From: Dehalococcoidia bacterium
Lineage (GTDB): Bacteria; Chloroflexota; Dehalococcoidia; Lucifugimonadales; SHYT01
Reading direction: 5' to 3'
Length of the DNA stretch: 64,000 bases
NCBI GenBank assembly: GCA_009692665.1
Contig: SHYT01000008.1
Location: 14,764 to 78,763 of the forward strand
Part shown: one piece after another, positions 55,415 through 63,878 of the stretch
Layout: every line of letters begins with the position of its first letter
How positions within the stretch are numbered: the first letter of the stretch is position 1
Notes under the pieces: model-generated
Databases searched by the model: none
What the model was told of the DNA's origin: nothing
What the model saw: only the letters and a program-made list of their open reading frames with translations
Translations under genes and position numbers: made by a program

Positions 55415-56290
55415 ATGCCGGAAGTACGACGCCCAGACGGGGCCGTGATCCATTACGAGGTGTTTGGCTTTGGCTATCCGGTCTTGCTGATTGCACCGGG
55501 CGGGCTCAACAGCGAGATTGGCTTTTGGGAGCGCAGCCGCATTAACCCGCTGAAGCGCCCGGAGTTTGCGGGTTTCAGGTTCATTGGCATGGACCAGCGG
55601 CACGCAGGGGAAAGCTGGAACGCGCCAATGGCCTACTCCTATGAGCTTACGACCGGCGACCAGCTCGCGATTCTTGACCAGCTTGGCGTTGAGAAGGCGC
55701 ACGTGTGGGGTGGGTGCATTGGCGTTGCCCACGTGACCAACTTGCTGAAGACGGCGCAGCACCGCTTTAGCGCCGCAGTGTGCCAGGACCCCGTGGGACT
55801 GGACCACACGAACTCCATCGACGTGTTTATGTCGATGTTTGCGCCCACGCTGAAGCTGGTGCGTGAGAAGGGCACGGAGGGCGTGGTGCAGGCCGCGCTG
55901 GGAAACCCAATGTTTGTTGACCAGAACAACGGCGGGCCATTTGCCAAGCACATCGCGGGTGACTCTGCGTTCCGGGAGAGAATGCAGAAGATGAGTGCGG
56001 ACGAGTACATCCGCATTATTGAGGCGTTTGCCGCTGGCATGTGGCCCAACAATCCGCCGTTCCTGGTGGGTAACGAGGAGTGGATCAAGACGTTTAAGAC
56101 CCCAATGCTTATCCTGCCTGGCAACGACCGGTTCCACCCAACAACGGTCGCCTACCGTCTGGCGGGCAACGCACTGAACGCACGCTGCCTGGAGGTGGAC
56201 TGCCGGAGCGAGGAGAACCTGCCGCGCACCATCAAGAAAGTGGCGGAGTTCCTGACGCTGCACACGCCCAAGGAAGCGGTGAAGGCTTAA
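55415..56290 (+). CDS. Alpha/beta-fold hydrolase with Cys at the nucleophile elbow
   Basis: YPVLLIAPGG and the elbow HVWGGCIGVAH (G-x-C-x-G; Cys codon at 55715-55717). ATG follows GGGGGGAAC. Confidence 0.75.
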   Translation: MPEVRRPDGAVIHYEVFGFGYPVLLIAPGGLNSEIGFWERSRINPLKRPEFAGFRFIGMDQRHAGESWNAPMAYSYELTTGDQLAILDQLGVEKAHVWGGCIGVAHVTNLLKTAQHRFSAAVCQDPVGLDHTNSIDVFMSMFAPTLKLVREKGTEGVVQAALGNPMFVDQNNGGPFAKHIAGDSAFRERMQKMSADEYIRIIEAFAAGMWPNNPPFLVGNEEWIKTFKTPMLILPGNDRFHPTTVAYRLAGNALNARCLEVDCRSEENLPRTIKKVAEFLTLHTPKEAVKA

Positions 56291-56338
56291 CGTTCGTGCG
56301 TCGTTGCGGCACCCTGATATGCTTTCACATCGGCGCAG

Positions 56339-57376
56339 TTAAGGGGTTGCAGCGAGTTCTTTGCGCAGGATTGGGGCGACGCGGGTGCCGAGCAGCTCAA
56401 TAGCTTGCATTAGCTTGGGATGAGGCAAAGAGGCGGCGTTCATTTGAAACGTGATGCGGGAAATGCCACCCAGCGCTGCACTATGTCGCAGGATTTTCGC
56501 CGCCACCACTTCAGCGGTGCCGATCAGCAGGGCGCCGTCCGGCCTTAGTTGAGCGTCGAACTGGGCGCGGGTGACTGGCGACCACCCACGCTCCTTCCCG
56601 ATAGATGTGAAGGCGCGGGCGTACCCCGGAAAGAAGTCTTCTGCGGCCTCCTGCGCCGTCGCGGCCACATAGCCCAGGGCGTGGACGCCGACCTTCAATT
56701 GATCGGGTGAGAACCCGGCCAGCTTGCCAGCCTCCCTGTAGAGATCGACAAGCGGCCGGAAGCGCCGCGTTTCGCCGCCGATGATGGCGACCATCAGTGG
56801 AAGGCCGAGCTCGCCGGCGCGCAGGAATGACTGTGGGCTCCCGCCAACACCCAGCCAAATGGGCAAGGAGTCCTGCAATGGCCTGGGGTAGACGCCTTGT
56901 CCGGTCAGCGCGGCCCGATGTTTGCTGGACCAGTGAACATGCTCGTTCTCGCGGATATTGAGCAGCAGATCAAGCTTATCCGCAAAGAGAGAGTCGTAGT
57001 CTTCCAGCTTAAAGCCAAACAGGGGGAATGAGTCGGTGAACGACCCGCGGCCCACCACCATCTCCGCCCGGCCCTGAGAAAGCAGGTCAAGGGTGGCGAA
57101 GTTCTGAAAGACCCGTACGGGATCGGCTGAACTCAGGACGGTTACGGCGCTGGTCAGACGGATGCGGTGGGTGCGCGCCGCCGCAGCTCCAAGAATAACC
57201 GTAGGAGCCGAATCGAGGAACTCCTTGCGATGGTGTTCACCGACGCCAAATACGTCCAGCCCGACCTGGTCTGCATATTCGATTTGTTCCACCAAGTTAC
57301 GCAGACGGTCGGACGGACTCACCGCCAAACCCTGGCCCTCGTAGGCCGCTGCGAAGCTATCAACACCAATTTGCAT
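56339..57376 (-). CDS. Luciferase-like (LLM) flavin-dependent oxidoreductase
   Basis: MQIGVDSF..., GLDVFGVGEHH and DLLSQGRAEMVVGRGSF. ATG 57376 follows GGGAGAAGG; the longest ORF starts at 57418. Confidence 0.85.
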   Translation of the reverse strand: MQIGVDSFAAAYEGQGLAVSPSDRLRNLVEQIEYADQVGLDVFGVGEHHRKEFLDSAPTVILGAAAARTHRIRLTSAVTVLSSADPVRVFQNFATLDLLSQGRAEMVVGRGSFTDSFPLFGFKLEDYDSLFADKLDLLLNIRENEHVHWSSKHRAALTGQGVYPRPLQDSLPIWLGVGGSPQSFLRAGELGLPLMVAIIGGETRRFRPLVDLYREAGKLAGFSPDQLKVGVHALGYVAATAQEAAEDFFPGYARAFTSIGKERGWSPVTRAQFDAQLRPDGALLIGTAEVVAAKILRHSAALGGISRITFQMNAASLPHPKLMQAIELLGTRVAPILRKELAATP

Positions 57377-57770
57377 GGGCCTTCTCCCTTGGAAAGATAT
57401 TGTTTGGGAAGTGGTCAACTTCTTGTGCCTGGCACCATTATTTGTGACACACGTACAAAAGAGAAGTACGCACGTTCATGTGCAGCAGGCACACTCGTTC
57501 CTGTCCCCACGTAATCCGCTCCTGCTTCCGCTTTGCTTGGAGACCCCTTCCTAAAACCTAAGAAATGGTAGCGAACGGGCCTTGCCGTTGCTAGTTGCTT
57601 TCTTTGGATCAGCTTGCCCCTGCGCGGGTACCGCATTCCTTTTAGGGAGCAGATCATAACGCTTCGGCATGGGGGTTGGGTGGGCCGGCCGGAACTGTGG
57701 CACCGCAGCCGTGGGTTACGCGGTACAATTGCACGCGTAATAAAGCGGCGCGGCAGAGATTGGGGGCGCA

Positions 57771-58916
57771 ATGCCTGACATCATGTTGACCGAAGAAGAG
57801 TTGATGCTCAAAAGCGCGATCCGCGACTTTGCGGAACGGGAAGTCGCGCCGAGGGCGATGGAGATTGACCAGGAAGAGAGGTTCTCGTTTGAGAATTTCC
57901 ACGCCATGGGGAAGCTGGGACTGTTTGGGATGACGCTGGACCCCAAGTACGGCGGCAGCGCGGGCGGCATCAAGCCGGTGGTTGTGGTGGCGGAGGAGCT
58001 GGCGAGGGTATGCGCGTCCACGTCGAACGCGTTTGTGGTGCAGACCGGGCTGGCGGGCTATCCCATGAATCAATTTGGCAATGAGAAGCAGAAAGCACGC
58101 TGGCTGCCGGGGCTGATATCGGGCGAGAAGGTGGGCGCGTACTGCCTGACGGAGCCGGGAAACGGCAGCGACGCGGCGGCGGCATCCACGATTGCCAAGA
58201 AGGTCAGCGGTGGGTACGTGCTGAACGGGAGCAAGACGTTCATCACGCACGGGACCATCGGCGACGTGCTCATTGTATTTGCCACCATGGACATGGCGCT
58301 AAAGCACCGGGGCTTTGTGGCGCTGGTGCTTGAGAAGGGCATGAAGGGGCTGACAACGCAGAAGATTACCGGCAAGATGGGCATCCGCTCGTCCGACACA
58401 GGCACGATGTTTTTTGACAACGTGGAAGTGCCGGAGGAGAACCGGCTGGGCGAGGAAGGCCAGGGCTTCCGGATTGCGATGCAGACGCTGGACAACAGCC
58501 GCGTGGGCATTGCGGCGCAGGCGCTGGGCATTGCGCAGGGGTCGCTGGACGAGGCGCTTAAGTACGCCAAGCAGCGGCGCGCGTTTGGGCAGGCCATTGC
58601 CGACTTCCAGGCCATCCAGTTCTACCTGGCGGACATGGCGATGCGCGTGGAGGCGTCCCGGCTGTTGACCTACCAGGCGGCGGCACTCAAGGACGCAGGC
58701 CAGCCGTACGTGAAGCAGGCGTCCATGGCGAAGGCATATGCATCCGAGGCGGCAGTGTTCTGCGCGGACCGGGCGGTGCAAATTTTCGGCGGGTACGGAT
58801 ACATTCGCGAGTCTAAGGTGGAGCGGTTTTACCGGGATGCGCGCATCACGCCGATTTATGAGGGGACAAGCGAGATCCAGCGGATTGTGATTGCGCGGCA
58901 CCTGTTGCAGGAGTAG
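57771..58916 (+). CDS. Acyl-CoA dehydrogenase (canonical short/medium-chain type)
   Basis: CLTEPGNGSDAAA and the C-terminal PIYEGTSEIQRIVIARHLL, which carries the catalytic Glu motif. Confidence 0.9.
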   Translation: MPDIMLTEEELMLKSAIRDFAEREVAPRAMEIDQEERFSFENFHAMGKLGLFGMTLDPKYGGSAGGIKPVVVVAEELARVCASTSNAFVVQTGLAGYPMNQFGNEKQKARWLPGLISGEKVGAYCLTEPGNGSDAAAASTIAKKVSGGYVLNGSKTFITHGTIGDVLIVFATMDMALKHRGFVALVLEKGMKGLTTQKITGKMGIRSSDTGTMFFDNVEVPEENRLGEEGQGFRIAMQTLDNSRVGIAAQALGIAQGSLDEALKYAKQRRAFGQAIADFQAIQFYLADMAMRVEASRLLTYQAAALKDAGQPYVKQASMAKAYASEAAVFCADRAVQIFGGYGYIRESKVERFYRDARITPIYEGTSEIQRIVIARHLLQE

Positions 58917-58924
58917 AGACGTCG

Positions 58925-59752
58925 ATGCTCGACAGTCTTAACCTTGACGGCAAAACCATTATCGTCACCGGCGGAGGCACCGGCCTGGGGCGCGAAATTG
59001 TGCGGGCGCTGGCAAGGGCTGGCGCTGACGTCGTGATCACCGCGCGGCGGCAGGGACCGATTGATGCGGCTGCAGATGAAGTGCGGGCGCTCGGCAGGCG
59101 GGCGCTGGCGGTTTCGGCTGACCTGACGGTATCGGCGCAGGTGAATGCCATGGTGCAGCGGGCGATTGGCGAGTTCGGGAAAGTCGACGTGCTGGTGAAC
59201 AACGCGGGCATCGTGCGCGAGGAATCGAAGCCGCTGTGGGACGTGACGGATGCGGAGTGGCGGGAGGTGCTGGACGGCAACCTGACCAGCGTCTTCTACT
59301 GCTCCCGCGCGGTCATCAAGCACATGGTAGACCGTGGCAAGGGGCGCATCGTCAACATGTCGTCGGGGTTTGGGCTGCGCGCCAAACGGGACAACTACCT
59401 GTACGGCACGAGTAAGGCAGGAATCATTCAGTTCACGCGCATTCTGGCGCTCACCTATGGCGGGCGTGGAGTCACAAGCGCGTGCATAGTGCCGGGGAAC
59501 ATGGTAACGGAAGCCGGGGAGGAGTTCCGCGGAAGAGCGGGCTTCACGGCGGAGACGGCGTCGCTAGCCAATCCGTACATTCCTATAGGACGGGCGGGCG
59601 CCGCGTCAGAAATTGGGCCGCTAGCGGTGTACCTGGCGTCGGACGCTTCCGAGTACCTGAACGGGGAGATTTTCACAGCGGACGGCGGGAGCCTGGCGGG
59701 CGGGTACGCCCCGACAGGGCACGCGCCGGTGATTCCGCTGCCCGAAAAATAG
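58925..59752 (+). CDS. Short-chain dehydrogenase/reductase (SDR)
   Basis: KTIIVTGGGTGLGREI, NNAG and YGTSKAG. Confidence 0.85.
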   Translation: MLDSLNLDGKTIIVTGGGTGLGREIVRALARAGADVVITARRQGPIDAAADEVRALGRRALAVSADLTVSAQVNAMVQRAIGEFGKVDVLVNNAGIVREESKPLWDVTDAEWREVLDGNLTSVFYCSRAVIKHMVDRGKGRIVNMSSGFGLRAKRDNYLYGTSKAGIIQFTRILALTYGGRGVTSACIVPGNMVTEAGEEFRGRAGFTAETASLANPYIPIGRAGAASEIGPLAVYLASDASEYLNGEIFTADGGSLAGGYAPTGHAPVIPLPEK

Positions 59753-59790
59753 TAGACAAACGGTCTGCATTGTTGTGTCCTGGAGGATGT

Positions 59791-60552
59791 ATGCCCATTC
59801 CGGCAGAATGGACTCTTAGGGGAAAAGTGGTGCTGCTGGCCGCCGGCAACCGAGGGTGGGACGCCACCCTGGCAGAAGGTCTGGCGCAGGCGGGCGCGGA
59901 GGTCGCGATTGTCGGCGCGTCTGACGCGCAGTTGAAGGCGGCGGTGGACGCAGCGGCCAAGCACGGGCATCGCGCGGAGGCGTTCGAGGCTGACCTGACG
60001 CAGCCGGACGAAGTGCGCGAGGCGGTGCTGTGGGCCGAGGGCTCGTTTGGGAAGATTGACGCGCTGGTGAACGACACGCAGGTGGAGTTCGCGAAGCCGA
60101 TGGTGGACATAACCCCTGAGGAGTTTGACCGGGTCATGGCGCAGAACGTGCGGAGTGTGTTCCTGTTGTGCCAGGAGGTGGGGCGGCACATGCTCAAGCG
60201 AGGCGGTGGGCAGATCGTGAACATCACGTCAGGGCTGGCGGAGCGCGGACTGGGCAACGGCGCGGCGTACTGCTCGACCATGGGAGCGCTCCAGCAGCTC
60301 ACGCAGGCGCTGGCGTTGGAGTGGGGCAAACAGAACATCCGCGTGAACGGCATCGGGCCGGGATGGTTCTCGCATGAGGACACATCGCTGGAGGAACAGC
60401 GCAAGGAACTGTACGTGCGGTACCTGCCGATGCGGCGGCTGGGGCATCCCCGGGAACTGGTGCCGCTGCTGGTCTACCTGTGCTCGGACGCGTGCGCCTA
60501 CACGACGGGGCAGACGCTGTATCTGGACGGTGGCGCACTGAGCCATGCGTAG
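59791..60552 (+). CDS. Short-chain dehydrogenase/reductase (SDR), atypical glycine motif
   Basis: ATG 59791 follows GGAGGA. KVVLLAAGNRGWDATLA replaces TGxxxGxG. YCSTMGAL and GQTLYLDGG match the SDR core. The longest ORF (59482) overlaps the upstream SDR. Confidence 0.75.
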   Translation: MPIPAEWTLRGKVVLLAAGNRGWDATLAEGLAQAGAEVAIVGASDAQLKAAVDAAAKHGHRAEAFEADLTQPDEVREAVLWAEGSFGKIDALVNDTQVEFAKPMVDITPEEFDRVMAQNVRSVFLLCQEVGRHMLKRGGGQIVNITSGLAERGLGNGAAYCSTMGALQQLTQALALEWGKQNIRVNGIGPGWFSHEDTSLEEQRKELYVRYLPMRRLGHPRELVPLLVYLCSDACAYTTGQTLYLDGGALSHA

Positions 60553-60576
60553 AGAGTTCAGTTTGAGGGATATCTT

Positions 60577-61005
60577 ATGAAGACAATTTCGTATAAGACT
60601 CGGACATTTTCATGGATTGTATTCATGATCGCAGGCATGGTCGTTGCTTTAAGTTGCAGCCAACCGAAGGCAGTTGTGTCCGCGGCTTCGGCACCAACTC
60701 CTCCGCCCTCGCGTCTAGCCATCGCCCAAGCCACAATCTTAGGCCGATGGCAAATGATAAATGGGACGCAATTTTATAGCTTTTACCGGGACGGCACGAT
60801 GGACCTGGTTTTCAATAACGCTTTCGGAACAGCCATAACCAATCCAGGTACTTATCAACTCATTGACGAGAGCCATATTCGCACCCAAACAAGGGATGCG
60901 TTTAACTTTGCTACGGCGGCCACTTACGAACTGAAGTTTGGCACAGGAACGGCAACGTTCGTGGATGCCCAAGGGCGCGCTGTCCAATATCAAAAGGCTC
61001 AATGA
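60577..61005 (+). CDS. Small hypothetical lipoprotein
   Basis: Signal peptide with lipobox VVALSC. Beta-rich Thr/Gly/Asn body. Visibly more AT-rich than the neighbouring genes. Confidence 0.55.
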   Translation: MKTISYKTRTFSWIVFMIAGMVVALSCSQPKAVVSAASAPTPPPSRLAIAQATILGRWQMINGTQFYSFYRDGTMDLVFNNAFGTAITNPGTYQLIDESHIRTQTRDAFNFATAATYELKFGTGTATFVDAQGRAVQYQKAQ

Positions 61006-61145
61006 GGCGAGTTAGGCCGCTAGGCTACTCACAGCATTGGGCGAGGGCACGACACGTCTTTCAAAAGCAGTTTGCGATGGATGCTGATACTATCGAGACG
61101 CCGACCCAAGAGTAGTCCTCGAGAGCCACCTTCTAAGGATGTGCC

Positions 61146-62570
61146 ATGCCTGAGATAAAGAGCGCCCACTTCAAAGAAGCCGCCCGGAAGGTTGTTGCTG
61201 ACCCGCACCAGCAGGCGTCGCTGCAGAAGCTGGAGCGGTTTCGGACAGAGCGCATCCACGCCATTGCGGAGACCGGGCAGGCGCAGTGGGAAGTCATGCA
61301 GGCGCAGGCGCGGGCCATCAAGTGGCACACGCTAGAGCACCTGGACACCTACCTCGACCAGCTTGCGACGAAGGTGGAGAGGGCAGGCGGGCACGTCTGC
61401 TTCGCTAAGACCGCGCAAGAGGCGAACGACTACGTGGTGAAGCTGGCGCTTGACCGCGGCGTGAAGAACGTCGTCAAGGGCAAGAGCATGGTGTCCGAGG
61501 AGATGGGCATCGCGGACGAACTGGAGCGCAACGGCATCCGCCGCGTGGAGACCGACCTGGGCGAGTACATCCAGCAGCTTGCCCACGAGCCGCCGTACCA
61601 CATCATCGCGCCCGCCGTGCACAAGTCGAAAGAAGAGGTCAGCGACCTCTTTGTCCGCGAGCTGGGCGTGCCGCGCGTGACGGACATTCCGGCGCTGGCG
61701 GGGCAAGCGCGGGAAATACTGCGCGGGGAGTTCCTGAAGGCAGACATGGGCATGACCGGAGCGAACTTCGCTGTCGCGGAGACCGGCACCATGGCCATCA
61801 CCACCAACGAGGGCAACGGCCGCATGTGCTCCACCGTGCCGCGTATCCACGTGGTGACCATGGGCATGGAGCGCGTCATTCCCACGTTCAAAGACCTGGA
61901 CATTTTTCTGAAGCTGCTCACCCGCTCGGCGACGGGACAGCGGATTACCAGCTACGTGTCCATGTTCTCGGGGCCGCGCCGAACGGACGAGGAGGACGGG
62001 CCGGATGAGTTCCACCTGGTGATTCTGGACAACGGCCGCTCCAAGCTTCTAGCTGACCCCGAGATGAGGGAATCGCTGCTGTGCATCCGTTGCGGAGCAT
62101 GCTTGAACGTTTGCCCCGTGTACAACAAAGTCGGCGGGCATACGTACGGGTGGGTGTACCCCGGGCCAATCGGCGCGGTGGTCAGCCCGGTTCTCGTGGG
62201 CATCCCGAAAGCGAAAGATTTGCCGTTTGCCTCCACGCTCTGCGGTGCGTGCCGGGAGGCGTGCCCGCTCCAAATCAACCTACCGCGCATGCTGCTGACG
62301 CTGCGCGCCAAGGTGACCCAGGGTTCGATGGAAGACCGTGCGCCGTCCACGACGGAGACGCTGGCGATTAGGGGCTGGCAGTCGGCGATGAAGTCGAGCC
62401 GGATGTATGGGTTGGCGAGCAAGGCGGCGAGGATTTTGCAGAAGCCGCTGGTGAGCCACGGGTACATCCACAACCTGCCGGGGCCGCTAGGCGCGTGGAC
62501 CAAGTCGCGCGATTTCCCGCCGGTGGCAGACAAGCCCTTCCGGGATCGGTGGAAAGATTTGCACCCTTAA
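61146..62570 (+). CDS. lutB: Lactate utilization protein B-type iron-sulfur protein (LutB/LldF)
   Basis: LUD-type N-terminal region and 4Fe-4S motifs CIRCGACLNVCP and CGACREACP. Confidence 0.85.
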   Translation: MPEIKSAHFKEAARKVVADPHQQASLQKLERFRTERIHAIAETGQAQWEVMQAQARAIKWHTLEHLDTYLDQLATKVERAGGHVCFAKTAQEANDYVVKLALDRGVKNVVKGKSMVSEEMGIADELERNGIRRVETDLGEYIQQLAHEPPYHIIAPAVHKSKEEVSDLFVRELGVPRVTDIPALAGQAREILRGEFLKADMGMTGANFAVAETGTMAITTNEGNGRMCSTVPRIHVVTMGMERVIPTFKDLDIFLKLLTRSATGQRITSYVSMFSGPRRTDEEDGPDEFHLVILDNGRSKLLADPEMRESLLCIRCGACLNVCPVYNKVGGHTYGWVYPGPIGAVVSPVLVGIPKAKDLPFASTLCGACREACPLQINLPRMLLTLRAKVTQGSMEDRAPSTTETLAIRGWQSAMKSSRMYGLASKAARILQKPLVSHGYIHNLPGPLGAWTKSRDFPPVADKPFRDRWKDLHP

Positions 62571-62586
62571 CACCCGTACCCCGTAG

Positions 62587-62607
62587 GGGCAGGTTTGAAA
62601 CCTGCCC
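62587..62607 (+). repeat. REP-like hairpin GGGCAGGTT-TGA-AACCTGCCC upstream of the Y1-transposase-like gene
   Basis: Perfect 9-bp stem with a 3-nt loop, 17 nt after the lutB stop and 23 nt before ATG 62630. Confidence 0.6.
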
Positions 62608-62629
62608 TAACCTGCGGTGAGGAAACGCC

Positions 62630-63145
62630 ATGCCATATGATCCAGACAGACATCATAGACAAACCATCCGGTTGCAAGAATATGATTACACGCAACCGGG
62701 GGCATCTTTCGTCACTGTATGTACGCATAATCGGGGCAATTTGTTTGGCGCGGTGAGCAAGGGCGAGATGCGGCCGAATGCGTTTGGGAAGGTGGTGGAG
62801 GATGTGTGGAAGCAATTGCCAGCCCATTCCCCAAACGTTGTTCTGGACGCATTCGTTGTCATGCCCAATGACACATCGCGACCAACAGATAAACTCCGCA
62901 TTAACGTGACACCGGGTTCCCTGGGCGCCATTGTGCGTTCATTCAAATCCGCGTCGACCAAACAGATCAATATCCTCCGCAACACACCGGGCGCTCCCGT
63001 CTGGCAACGCAACTACTATGAACACGTTGTGCGGACGGAGGAGGATTTGGAATCCACCCGCAACTACGTCCTGGGCAATCCTGCCAAATGGGACGAGGAC
63101 CCGGACAACCTGCTCGTCGGTGGTGCGCATGTCCGCGCGCGATGA
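62630..63145 (+). CDS. REP-associated/IS200-like Y1 transposase homolog (RAYT-like) with degenerate HUH motif
   Basis: RQTIRLQEYDYTQPGASFVTVCTHNRGNLFG, LGAIVRSFKSASTKQIN and PVWQRNYYEHVVR (catalytic Tyr region) match the family. The expected VMPNH-x-H site reads VMPNDTS. The last 17 nt overlap the lutC start. Confidence 0.75.
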   Translation: MPYDPDRHHRQTIRLQEYDYTQPGASFVTVCTHNRGNLFGAVSKGEMRPNAFGKVVEDVWKQLPAHSPNVVLDAFVVMPNDTSRPTDKLRINVTPGSLGAIVRSFKSASTKQINILRNTPGAPVWQRNYYEHVVRTEEDLESTRNYVLGNPAKWDEDPDNLLVGGAHVRAR

Positions 63146-63857
63146 GTTCCTGAAATCTGTCCGCGACGCCATTCAGGCTGGCTCTGGCGCACACCACGAG
63201 GTATCGTCGTCCTCCGTCACGTTCGGTGGGCCAACGGACATCCGCGCTCGCGCTGAGGATGCCCGCCGCATCGCCGATGCCAAACGTCCGCAAGCCATCG
63301 AGACATTGGTGAAGATGGCACAACTTCAGGCGTGGAACCTGATCCGCGTACCGTCTCGCGACGGCGCCGCGCAGGCCGTCGCCGCAATAGCAGTGGAGCT
63401 GGGCGCAAAGCTGGCGGTGCGCACGCAGCACCCGGTGTTCACAGGAATGCCGCTGGACAAGGCGCTGGCGGACAAGGGCGTGCGCGTGCAGGCAATGAAT
63501 ATGGCTGAGGCGCCACCCGCTATGCTTCGCAAGACCGCCGCTGCTGCGGACATGGGAGTGACCGGCGTGGACTGGGTGGTGGCTGAAACGGCTACCGCTG
63601 TGCTGATTTCAGAACGGGGCAAGGCGCGCACCGCATCGCTGCTGCCGCCTGCGCACATCGCCGTTGTCGAAGCCAATCAGGTGGTGCCCACGCTGGCGGA
63701 GGCCCTGGCATTGGTGCAGGGATATGTCGCCGAGAAGGGGTGGGCAGGGCACTACGTGAACCTCATCAGCGGGCCAAGCCGCACCGCGGACATTGAGCAG
63801 ACCATCGTCATTGGGGTGCACGGGCCTGGCAAGGTGTATCTGGTGCTCATTGGGTAA
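63129..63857 (+). CDS. lutC: Lactate utilization protein C (LUD domain)
   Basis: MSARDEFLKSVRDAI..., ADMGVTGVDWVVAETATAVL and ISGPSRTADIEQTIVIGVHGP. ATG 63129; the longest ORF (62931) runs in an alternate frame of the transposase-like gene. Confidence 0.8.
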   Translation: MSARDEFLKSVRDAIQAGSGAHHEVSSSSVTFGGPTDIRARAEDARRIADAKRPQAIETLVKMAQLQAWNLIRVPSRDGAAQAVAAIAVELGAKLAVRTQHPVFTGMPLDKALADKGVRVQAMNMAEAPPAMLRKTAAAADMGVTGVDWVVAETATAVLISERGKARTASLLPPAHIAVVEANQVVPTLAEALALVQGYVAEKGWAGHYVNLISGPSRTADIEQTIVIGVHGPGKVYLVLIG

Positions 63858-63878
63858 CAGAGCGTTTGGGAAAACCTT

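Noticed and set aside
62931-63128. The long form of lutC starting at 62931 (308 aa).
   Set aside because: The extra 66 codons are an alternate frame of the transposase-like gene and have no LutC similarity. ATG 63129 gives a full-length LUD-domain protein.
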